NCBI GenBank assembly: GCA_051313645.2
Contig: JBNRSN020000089.1
Span: forward strand, 2,728,001 to 2,792,000
Direction of reading: 5' to 3'
Source: Centroscyllium fabricii
Lineage: Eukaryota
Length of the DNA: 64,000 nucleotides
Below are positions 1 through 12,888 of this stretch, piece after piece (within the stretch, counting starts at the first letter, position 1; the number at the start of each line of letters is the position of its first letter). The translations under genes and the position numbers were made by a program. Below the pieces are notes generated by a model, which was not told the origin of the DNA, ran no database searches, and saw only the letters and a program-made list of their open reading frames with translations.

Positions 1-1168
1 GACAATATCCATCTGTGTACAGTACACCAGACAATGTCCATCTTTGTACAATGCGCCAGAAAATGTCCATCTGTGAACAATACATGAGACATTATACATC
101 TGTGAACAATACATCAGACAATATCCATCTGTGAACAATACATCAGACAATGTCCATCTGTGTACAATACATCAGACAATGTCCATCTGTGAACAAAACA
201 TCAGACCACATCCATCTCTGAAAAATACATCAGAGAATGTCCATCTGTGTACAATACATCAGACATTATCCATCTGTATACAATATATCAGACAATAACC
301 ATCTGTGAACAATACATCAGACAATGTCCATCTGTGGACAATACATCAGACAATGTCCATCTGTGTACAATACATAAGACAATGTCCATCTTGTGTACAA
401 TGCAACAGACAATGTCCATTTGTGTACAATACATCAGACAAGGTCCATCATTGAACAATACATCAGACAATATCCATCTGTGAACAATACATCAGACAAT
501 ATCCATCTGTGTACAATACATCAGACAATGTCCATCTGTGTACAATACATCAGACATTGTCCTTCTGTGTGCAATACATCAGACAATATTCAACAGTGTA
601 CAATATATCAGACAATGTCCATCTGTGAACAATACATCAGATAATGTCCATCTGTGTACAATACATCAGACAATTTCCATCTGTGTACAATACATCAGAC
701 AATATCCATCTGTGAACAATACATCAGATTATGTCCATCTGTGTACAATACATCAGAAAATGTCCATCTGTGAACAATCCATAAGACAATATCCATCTGT
801 GTACAGTACATCAGACAATCTGTGACAATACATCAGATAATGTCCATCTGTGTACAATACATCAGACATTGTCCATCTGTGTACAATACATCAGACAATA
901 TCCATCTGTGTACAATACATCAGACAAAGTCCATCTTTGAACAATAAATCAGACAATATCCATCTGTGAACAATACATCAGACAATATCCATCTGTGTAC
1001 AATGCAACAGACAATGTCCATCTGTGTACAATACATCAGACAATGTCCATCTTTGAACAATACATCAGACAATATCCATCTGTGAACAATACATCAGACA
1101 ATATCCATCTGTGTACAATACATCAGACAATGTCCATCTGTGTACAATACATCAGACCTTGTCCTTCT

Positions 1169-1493
1169 GTGGCATAGTGGTTAGCACTTTTGCCTCACAG
1201 CGCCAGGGACCCGGGTTCAAATCCAGCCTCAGGTGACTATCTGTGTGGAGTTTGCACATTCTCTCCGTGTCTGCGTGGGTTTCATCCGGGTGCTCCGGTT
1301 TCCTCCCACAGTCCAAAGATGTGCGGGTTATGTTGATTGGCCAGGATAAATTGACCCTTAGTGTTAGTGGGAATTAGGGGATTAGGCGGATTAAATATGT
1401 GGGGTTACGGGGATAGGGTGGGATATGTGTCAGTGCAGGCTCGATGGACCGAAATGGCCTCTATCTGCACTGTAGTGATTCTATGATTCTATG
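1169..1493 (+). mobile_element. tRNA-derived V-SINE (HE1-like), copy S1
   Basis: Pol III A box TGGCATAGTGG (1170-1180) and B box GGTTCAAATCC (1214-1224). V-domain-like core TGTGTGGAGTTTGCACATTCTCTCCGTGTCTGCGTGGGTTTC..CCGGTTTCCTCCCACAGTCCAAAGA. LINE-like 3' hairpin and ATTCTATG x2 tail. Family name is from recall of the HE1/DANA V-SINE consensus, not a search. Confidence 0.92.
1170..1224 (+). promoter_or_regulatory. Internal RNA polymerase III type-2 promoter (A box + B box) of the SINE; equivalent at 3590-3644, 14957-15011 and 17377-17431
   Basis: TGGCATAGTGG fits TRGCNNAGYGG and GGTTCAAATCC fits GGTTCRANTCC, separated by 33 nt as in tRNA genes. Both boxes are intact in all four copies. Confidence 0.85.
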
Positions 1494-3588
1494 AATGTCC
1501 ATCTGTGTACAATACATCAGATAATGTCCATCTGTGATCAAAATATCAGACAATATCCATCTCTGAAAAATACATCAGAGAATGTCCATCTGTGAACAAT
1601 ACATCAGACATTATCCATCTGTGTACAATACATCAGACATTATCCATCTGTGAAAAATACATCAGAAAATGTCCACCTGTGGACAATGCATCAGACAATG
1701 TCCATCTGTGTAGAATACATAAGACAATGTCCATCTTGTGTACAATACATCAGATAGTGTCCATCTGTGTACAATACATCAGACAATGTCCAATTTTGAA
1801 CAATACATCAGACAATATCCATCTACGGACAATACATCAGACAATATCCATCTGTGTACAATACATCAGACAATGTCCATCTGTACAATACATCAGACAA
1901 TGTCCATCTGTGTACAATACATCAGAAATTATCCATCTGTGTATAATACATCAGACAATGTCCATCTGTGAACAATAAATCAGACAATATCCATCTGTGA
2001 ACAACACATCAGACAATGTCCATCTGTGTTCAATACATCAGACAATATCCATCTGTGTACAATATATCAGACAATATCCATCTGTGTACAGTATATCAGA
2101 AAAATGTCCATCTGTGTACAATACATCAGACAATATCCATCTGTGTACAATACATCAGACAATGTCCATCTGTGAACAATACATCAGATAATGTCCATCT
2201 GTGTACAATACATCAGACAATATCCATCTGTGTACAGTACATCAGACAATGTCACCTGTGTACAGTATATCAGATATTATCCATCTGTGAACAATACATC
2301 AGACAACATCCACCTGTGTACAATACATCAGACAAATGTACATCTGTGTACAATACATCAGACAATATCCATCAGTGTACAATAAATCAGACAATGTCCA
2401 TCTGTGTACAATACATCAGACAAATGTCCAACTGCGTACAATACATCAGACAATATCCATCAGTGTACAATACATCAGACAATGTCAAACTGTGTACAAT
2501 ACATAAGACGTTATCTATCTGTGTACAATACATCAGATATTATCCATCTGTGAACAATACATCAGACAATATCCATCTCTGTACAATACATCAGACAAAT
2601 GTCCATCTGTGTACAATACATCAGACAATATCCATCAGTGTACAATACATCAGACAATGTCCATCTGTGTACAATACATCAGACAATATCCATCTGTGAA
2701 CAATATATCAGAAAATGTCCATCTGTGCACAACACATAAGACATTATCAATCTGTGTACAATACATCTGACATTAACCATCTGTGTAAAATACATCAGAC
2801 AATATCCATCTGTGAATAATACATCAGAAAATGTCCATCAGTGTACAATACATCAGACATTATCCATCTGTGAATAACACATCAGACAATATCCGTCTGT
2901 GTACAATGCATCAGACAATGTCAATCTGTGAACAATACATCAGACAATATCCATCTGTTTAGAAAACATCAGACATTGTCCTTCTGTGTACAATACATCA
3001 GACAATATACAACTGTGTACAATATATCAGACAATGTCCATCTGTGAACAATACATCAGATAATGTCCATCTGTGTACAATACATCAGACAATGTCCATC
3101 TGTGTACAATACATCAGACAATATCCATCTGTGAACAATACATCAGATTATGTCCATCTGTGTACAATACATCAGAAAATGTCCATCTGTGAACAATCCA
3201 TAAGACAATATCCATCTGTGTACAGTACATCAGACAATCTGTGAGCAATACATCAGATAATGTCCATCTGTGTACAATACATCAGACAATGTCCATCTGG
3301 GTACAATACATCAGACAATATCCATCTGTGTACAGTACATCAGACAATGTCCATCTTTGAACAATACATCAGACAATATCCATCTGTGAACAATACATCA
3401 GACAATATCCATCTGTGTACAATGCAACAGACAATGTCCATCTGTGTACAATACATCAGACAATGTCCATCTTTGAACAATACATCAGACAATATCCATC
3501 TGTGAACATAACATCAGACAATATCCATCTGTGTACAATACATCAGACAATGTCCATCTGTGTACAATACATCAGACCTTATCCTTCT

Positions 3589-3913
3589 GTGGCATAGTGG
3601 TTAGCACTGTTGCCTCACTGTGCCAGGGACCCGGGTTCAAATCCAGCCTCAGGTGACTATCTGTGTGGAGTTTGCACATTCTCTCCGTGTCTGCGTGGGT
3701 TTCCTCCGGGTGCTCCGGTTTCCTTCCACAGTCCAAAGATGTGCGGGATAGGTTGATTTGCCAGGATAAATTGACCCTTAGTGTTAGGGGGAATTAGGGG
3801 ATTAGGCGGATTAAATATGTGGGGTTACGGGGATAGGGTGGGATATGTGTCGGTGCAGGCTCGATGGGCCGAAATGGCCTCTATCTGCACTGTAGTGATT
3901 CTATGATTCTATG
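3589..3913 (+). mobile_element. tRNA-derived V-SINE (HE1-like), copy S2
   Basis: Same 325-bp element and same junctions as S1 at offset 2420; about 11 substitutions relative to S1 counted by eye. Confidence 0.92.
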
Positions 3914-6900
3914 AATGTCCATCTGTGTACAATACTTCAGATAATGTCCATCTGTGATCAAAATATCAGACAATATCCATCTCTGAAAAATACATCTGTG
4001 TACAATACATCTGTGTACAATACATCAGACATTATCCATCTGTGTACAATACATCAGACAATATCCATCTGTGAACAGTACATCAGACAATGTCCACCTG
4101 TGGACAATACATCAGACAATGTCCATCTGTGTAGAATACATAAGACAATGTCCATCTTGTGTACAATACATCAGATAGTGTCCATCTGTGTACAATGCAT
4201 CAGACAATGTCCAATTTTGAACAATACATCAGACAATATCCATCTACGGACAATACATCAGACAATATCCATCTGTGTACAATACATCAGACAATGTCCA
4301 TCTGTACAATACATCAGAAAATGTCCATCTGTGTACAATACATCAGAAATTATCCATCTGTGTATAATACATCAGACAATGTCCATCTGTGAACAATAAA
4401 TCAGACAATATCCATCTGTGAACAACACATCAGACAATGTCCATCTGTGTACAATACATCAGACAATATCCATCTGTGTACAATACATCAGACAATATCC
4501 ATCTGTGTACAGTATATCAGAAAAATGTCCATCTGTGTACAATACATCAGACAATATCCATCTGCGTACAATACATCAGACAATGTCCATCTGTGAACAA
4601 TACATCAGATAATGTCCATCTGTGTACAGTACATCAGACAATGTCACCTGTGTACAGTATATCAGATATTATCCATCTGTGAACAATACATCAGACAACA
4701 TCCATCTGTGTACAATACATCAGACAAATGTCCATCTGTGTACAATATATCAGACAATATCCATCAGTGTACAATAAATCAGACAATGTCCATCTGTGTA
4801 CAATACATCAGACAAATGTCCAACTGCGTACAATAAATCAGACAATATCCATCAGTGTACAATACATCAGACAATGTCAAACTGTGTACAATACATAAGA
4901 CGTTATCTATCTGTGTACAATACATCAGATATTATCCATCTGTGAACAATACATCAGACAATATCCATCTGTGTACAATACATGAGACAAATGACCATCT
5001 GTGTACAATACATCAGACAATATCCATCAGTGTACAATACATCAGACAATGTCCATCTGTGTACAATACATCAGACAATATCCATCTGTGAACAATATAT
5101 CAGAAAATGTCCATCTGTGCACAATACATAAGACATTATCAATCTGTGTACAATACATCAGACATTATCAATCTGTGTAAAATACATCAGACAATATCCA
5201 TCTGTGAATAATACATCAGAAAATGTCCATCAGTATACAATACATCAGACATTATCCATCTGTGAATAACACATCAGACAATATCCGTCTGTGTACAATG
5301 CATCAGACAATGTCAATCTGTGAACAATACATCAGACAATATCCATCTGTTTGGAAAACATCAGACATTGTCCATCTGTGTACAATACATCAGACATTAT
5401 CCATCTGTGTACAATACATCAGACATTGACCGTCTGTGTACAATACATCAGACAATGTCCATCTGTGAAAAATACATCAGACAATGTCCATCTGTGTACA
5501 ATAAATCAGACAATGTCCATCTGTGTACAATACATCAGACAATGTCCATCTGTGTACAGTACATCAGACAATGTCACCTGTGTACAGTACATCAGATATT
5601 ATCCATCTGTGAACAATACATCAGACAATATCCATCTGTGTACAATACATCAGACAAATGTCCATCTGTGTACAATACATCAGAAAATATCCATAAGTGT
5701 ACAATACATCAGACAATTTCCATCTGTGTACAATACATCAGACAAATGTCCATCTGTGTACAATACATCAGACAATATCCATCAGTGTACAATCCATCAG
5801 ACAATGTCCATCTGTGTACAATATATCAGACAATATCCATCTGTGAACAATATATCAGAAAATGTCCTTCTGTGCACAATATATAAGACATTATCAATCT
5901 GTGTACAATACATCAGACATTATCCATCTGTGTAAAATATATCAGACAATATCCATCTGCGAATAATACATCAGAAAATGTCCATCTGTGCACAATACAT
6001 CAGACATTATCCATTTGTGAATAACACATCAGACATTATCCATCTGTGCACAATGCATCAGACAATGTCCATCTGTGAACAATACATCAGACAATATCCA
6101 TCTGTGTAGAAAACATCAGACATTGTCCATCTGTGTACAATACATCAGACATTATCCATCTGTGTACAACACATCAGACATTGTCCGTCTGTGTACAATA
6201 CATCAGACAATGTCCATCTGTGAACAATACATCAGACAATGTCCATCTGTGTACAATAAATCACACAATGTCCATCTGTGAACAATACATCAGACAATAT
6301 CCATCTGTGTACAATACATCAGAGAATGTCCATCTATGAACAATAAATCAGACAAAGTCCATCTGTGAACAATACATCAGACAATGTCCATCTGTGTACA
6401 ATACATCAGACAATGTCCATCTGTGTACAATACATAAGACAATGTCCATCTTGTGTACAATACATCAGACAATGTCCATCTGTGTACAATACATCAGACA
6501 ATGTCCAACTGTACAATACATCAGACAATGTCCAACTGTGTACAATACATCAGACATTATCCATCTGTGTACAATACATCAGACAATGTCCATCTGTGAA
6601 AAATAAATCATACAATATCCATCTGTGAACAACACATCAGACAATGTCCATCTGTGTACAATATATCAGACAATATCCATCTGTGTACAATACATCAGAC
6701 ATTATCCATCTGTATACAATACATCAGATAATGTCAATCTGTGTACAATACATCAGACAATATCCATCTGTGTACAGTACATCAGACAATGTCACCTGTG
6801 TACAGTACATCAGATATTATCCATCTGTGTACAATACATCAGAAAATATCCATAAGTGTACAATACATCAGACAATTTCCATCTGTGTACAATATATCAG

Positions 6901-9227
6901 ACAAATGTCCATCTGTGTACAATACATCAGACAATATCCATCAGTGTACAATCCATCAGACAATGTCCATCTGTGTACAATACATCAGACAATATCCATC
7001 TGTGAACAATATATCAGAAAATGTCCATTTGTGCACAATATATAAGACATTATCAATCTGTGTACAATACATCAGACATTATCCATCTGTGTAAAATATA
7101 TCAGACAATATCCATCTGCGAATAATACATCAGAAAATGTCCATCTGTGCACAATACATCAGACATTATCCATCTGTGAATAACACATCAGACATTATCC
7201 ATCTGTGCACAATGCATCAGACAATGTCCATCTGTGAACAATACGTCAGACAATATCCATCTGTGTAGAAAACATCAGACATTGTCCATCTGTGTACAAT
7301 ACATGAGACATTATCCATCTGTGTACAACACATCAGACATTGTCCGTCTGTGTACAATACATCAGACAATGTCCATCTGTGAACAATACATCAGACAATG
7401 TCCATCTTTGTACAATAAATCAGACAATGTCCATCTGTGAACAATACATCAGACAATATCCATCTGTGTACAATACATCAGAGAATGTCCATCTGTGAAC
7501 AATAAATCAGACAATGTCCATCTGTGAACAATACATCAGACAATGTCCATCTGTGTACAATACTTCAGACATTGTCCATCTGTGTACAATACATAAGACA
7601 ATGTCCATCTTGTGTACAATACATCAGACAATGTCCATCTGTGTACAATACATCACACAGTGTCCATCATTGAACAATACATCAGACAATATCCATCTGT
7701 GAACAATACATCAGACAATATCTATCTGTGTAAAATACATCAGACAATGTCCAACTGTACAATACATCAGACAATGTCCAACTGTGTACAATACATCAGA
7801 CATTATCCATCTGTGTACAATACATCAGACAATGTCCATCTGTGAACAATAAATCAGACAATATCCATCTGTGAACAATACATCAGACAATGTCCATCTG
7901 TGTACAATATATCAGACAATATCCATCTGTGTACAATACATCAGACAATATCCATCTGTGTACAGTATATCAGACAATGTCCATCTGTGTACAATAAATC
8001 AGACAATATCCATCTGTGTACAATACGTCAGACAATGTCCATCTGTGAACAATAATTCAGATAATGTCCATCAGTGTACAATACATCAGACAATGTCCAT
8101 CTGTGTACAGTACATCAGACAATGTCATCTGTGTACAGTACATCAGATATTATCCATCTGTGAACAATACATCAGACAATATCCATCTGTGTACAATACA
8201 TCAGACAAATGTCCATCTGTGTACAATACATCAGAAATTATCCATAAGTGAACAATACATCAGACAATGTCCATTAGTGTACAATACATCAGACATTATC
8301 CGTCTGTGTACAATACATCAGACAATCTCCATCTGTGAACAATACATCAGACATTATCCATCTGTGTACAACACATCAGACAATATCCATCTGTGTACAA
8401 TACATCAGAAAATGTCCATCTGTGAACAATACATAAGACATTATCCATCTGTGTACAATACATTAGATATTATCCATCTGTGAACAATATATCAGACAAA
8501 ATCCATCTGTGTACAATACATCAGACAAATGTCCATCTGTGTACAATACATCAGACAATATCCATCAGTGTACAATACATCAGACAATGTCCATCTGGGT
8601 ACAATACATCAGACATTGTCCGTCTGTGTACAATACATCAGACAATGTCCATTTGGGAACAATACATCAGATAATGTCCTTTTGTGTACAATACATCAGA
8701 CAATGTCTATCTGTGAACAATACATCAGACAATATCCATCTGTGTACAATACATCAGAAAATGTCCATCTGTGAACAATACATCAGACAATGTCCATCTG
8801 TGTACAGTACATCAGAAAGTATCCATCTTTGAACAATACATCAGACAATGTCCATCTGTGTACAATACATCGGAAAGTGTCCATCTGTGAACAATCTTTA
8901 AGGCAAAATCGATCTGTGTACAGTACATCAGACAATGTCCATCTTTGTACAATACATCAGACAATGTCCATCTGTGAACAAAACATCAGACAATATCCAT
9001 CTCTGAACAATACATCAGAAAATATCCATCTGTGTACAATACATCAGACAATATCCATCTGTGTACAATACATCAGGTATTATCTATCTGTATACAATAC
9101 ATCAGAGATTATCCATCTGTGTACAATACATCAGACAATATCCATCTGTGAACAATACATCAGACAATGTCCATCCGTGTACAATGCATCAGACAATGTC
9201 CGTCTGTGTTCAATACATAAGACAATG

Positions 9228-9636
9228 CCTTGGAAAAAAGAAGGTGGAGGGGTGACATGATTGAGGTGTACAAGATCATGAGGGGACACGATAGGGTAGA
9301 CAAAGGGGCATTGTTTCCCCTGGTGGGAGAGTCAAGCACTAGGGGACATAGATTCAAGATCAGGGGGGGGGAGGTTTAGGGGGGAGGTAAGGAGAAATTT
9401 CTTTACCCAGAGGGTGGTGGAAGACTGGAACTCCCTGCCTGTGAGGGTGGTGGAGGCAGGAACCAACACAACATTTAAAAAATACTTGGACCAGCACATG
9501 AAGGACCATAACATACAGGGTTATGGGCCAGGTGCGGGCAACTGGGGTTAGAACAGTGAGGAGTTTTTCTGGGCCGGTGCGGACTGGATGGGCCGAATGG
9601 CCCTTATCCGCACTGTAAAATTTCTATGATTCTATG
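9228..9636 (+). mobile_element. 5'-truncated CR1-clade LINE fragment (HER1-like), copy L1, 409 bp, flanked by AATG target-site duplication
   Basis: Encodes CR1-type ORF2 C-terminal motifs, frameshifted by a 9-G run at 9363-9371; stop TAG at 9549-9551. Short 3'UTR with hairpin and TTCTATGATTCTATG tail. AATG at 9224-9227 and 9637-9640. Confidence 0.92.
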
Positions 9637-12600
9637 AATGACCATCTTGTGTACAATACATCAGACAATGTCCATCTGTGTACAATACATCAGACAACGT
9701 CCATCTGTGAACAATACATCAGACAATGTCCATCTGTGAACAATACATCAGACAATATCCATCTGTGTACAATACATCAGACAATATCCATCAGTGTACA
9801 ATACATCAGACAATATAAATCTGTTTACAGTACATCAGAAAATGTCCATCTGTGTGCAGTACATCAGACAATATCCATCTGTGTACAATACATCAGAGAA
9901 TGTCCATCTATGAACAATAAATCAGACAATGTCCATCTGTGAACAATACATCAGACAATGTCCATCTGTGTACAATACATCAGACAATGTCCATCTGTGT
10001 ACAATACATAAGACAATGTCCATCTTGTGTACAATACATCAGACAATGTCCATCTGTGTACAATATATCAGACAATGTCCATCTTTGAACAATACATCAG
10101 ACAATATCCATCTGTGAACAATACATCAGACAATATCCATCTGTGTAAAATACATCAGACAATGTCCAACTGTACAATACATCAGACAATGTCCAACTGT
10201 GTACAATACATCAGACATTATCCATCTGTGTACAATACATCAGACAATGTCCATCTGTGAAAAATAAATCATACAATATCCATCTGTGAACAACACATCA
10301 GACAATGTCCATCTGTGTACAATATATCAGACAATATCCATCTGTGTACAATACATCAGACATTATCCATCTGTATACAATACATCAGATAATGTCAATC
10401 TGTGTACAATACATCAGACAATATCCATCTGTGTACAGTACATCAGACAATGTCACCTGTGTACAGTACATCAGATATTATCCATCTGTGTACAATACAT
10501 CAGAAAATATCCATAAGTGTACAATACATCAGACAATTTCCATCTGTGTACAATATATCAGACAAATGTCCATCTGTGTACAATACATCAGACAATATCC
10601 ATCAGTGTACAATCCATCAGACAATGTCCATCTGTGTACAATACATCAGACAATATCCATCTGTGAACAATATATCAGAAAATGTCCATTTGTGCACAAT
10701 ATATAAGACATTATCAATCTGTGTACAATACATCAGACATTATCCATCTGTGTAAAATATATCAGACAATATCCATCTGCGAATAATACATCAGAAAATG
10801 TCCATCTGTGCACAATACATCAGACATTATCCATCTGTGAATAACACATCAGACATTATCCATCTGTGCACAATGCATCAGACAATGTCCATCTGTGAAC
10901 AATACGTCAGACAATATCCATCTGTGTAGAAAACATCAGACATTGTCCATCTGTGTACAATACATGAGACATTATCCATCTGTGTACAACACATCAGACA
11001 TTGTCCGTCTGTGTACAATACATCAGACAATGTCCATCTGTGAACAATACATCAGACAATGTCCATCTTTGTACAATAAATCAGACAATGTCCATCTGTG
11101 AACAATACATCAGACAATATCCATCTGTGTACAATACATCAGAGAATGTCCATCTGTGAACAATAAATCAGACAATGTCCATCTGTGAACAATACATCAG
11201 ACAATGTCCATCTGTGTACAATACTTCAGACATTGTCCATCTGTGTACAATACATAAGACAATGTCCATCTTGTGTACAATACATCAGACAATGTCCATC
11301 TGTGTACAATACATCACACAGTGTCCATCATTGAACAATACATCAGACAATATCCATCTGTGAACAATACATCAGACAATATCTATCTGTGTAAAATACA
11401 TCAGACAATGTCCAACTGTACAATACATCAGACAATGTCCAACTGTGTACAATACATCAGACATTATCCATCTGTGTACAATACATCAGACAATGTCCAT
11501 CTGTGAACAATAAATCAGACAATATCCATCTGTGAACAATACATCAGACAATGTCCATCTGTGTACAATATATCAGACAATATCCATCTGTGTACAATAC
11601 ATCAGACAATATCCATCTGTGTACAGTATATCAGACAATGTCCATCTGTGTACAATAAATCAGACAATATCCATCTGTGTACAATACGTCAGACAATGTC
11701 CATCTGTGAACAATAATTCAGATAATGTCCATCAGTGTACAATACATCAGACAATGTCCATCTGTGTACAGTACATCAGACAATGTCATCTGTGTACATT
11801 ACATCAGATATTATCCATCTGTGAACAATACATCAGACAATATCCATCTGTGTACAATACATCAGACAAATGTCCATCTGTGTACAATACATCAGAAATT
11901 ATCCATAAGTGAACAATACATCAGACAATGTCCATTAGTGTACAATACATCAGACATTATCCGTCTGTGTACAATACATCAGACAATGTCCATCTGTGAA
12001 CAATACATCAGACATTATCCATCTGTTTACAACACATCAGACAATATCCATCTGTGTACAATACATCAGAAAATGTCCATCTGTGAACAATACATAAGAC
12101 ATTATCCATCTGTGTACAATACATTAGATATTATCCATCTGTGAACAATATATCAGACAAAATCCATCTGTGTACAATACATCAGACAAATGTCCATCTG
12201 TGTACAATACATCAGACAATATCCATCAGTGTACAATACATCAGACAATGTCCATCTGGGTACAATACATCAGACATTGTCCGTCTGTGTACAATACATC
12301 AGACAATGTCCATTTGGGAACAATACATCAGATAATGTCCTTTTGTGTACAATACATCAGACAATGTCTATCTGTGAACAATACATCAGACAATATCCAT
12401 CTGTGTACAATACATCAGAAAATGTCCATCTGTGAACAATACATCAGACAATGTCCATCTGTGTACAGTACATCAGAAAGTATCCATCTTTGAACAATAC
12501 ATCAGACAATGTCCATCTGTGTACAATACATCGGAAAGTGTCCATCTGTGAACAATCTTTAAGGCAAAGTCGATCTGTGTACAGTACATCAGACAATGTC

Positions 12601-12888
12601 CATCTTTGTACAATACATCAGACAATGTCCATCTGTGAACAAAACATCAGACAATATCCATCTCTGAACAATACATCAGAAAATATCCATCTGTGTACAA
12701 TACATCAGACAATATCCATCTGTGTACAATACATCAGGTATTATCTATCTGTATACAATACATCAGAGATTATCCATCTGTGTACAATACATCAGACAAT
12801 ATCCATCTGTGAACAATACATCAGACAATGTCCATCCGTGTACAATGCATCAGACAATGTCCGTCTGTGTTCAATACATAAGACAATG

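Larger units (their letters stand above)
570..5320 (+). repeat. 2420-bp tandem duplication carrying the SINE (approx. 570-2970 and 2980-5320); repeated at approx. 14360-19110
   Basis: ORF offsets 995->3415 and 14782->17202 are both 2420. Shared rare variants such as CAATCCATAAG, CATCTACGGAC and GTCAAACTG..ACGTTATC. Boundaries approximate. Confidence 0.85.

Noticed and set aside
1169-1240. tRNA gene
   Set aside because: A and B boxes are present, but there is no complete acceptor stem and the sequence continues into a V-domain and LINE-type tail, so it is a SINE head.
1358-1390. Telomere-like TTAGGG motifs
   Set aside because: Isolated degenerate TTAG-G motifs inside the SINE body, not a tandem telomeric array.
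8790-9260. Satellite-LINE fusion ORF (ending PWKKEGGGVT) as a chimeric gene
   Set aside because: It enters the LINE out of frame with ORF2 and stops after about 10 codons; no promoter or splice evidence.
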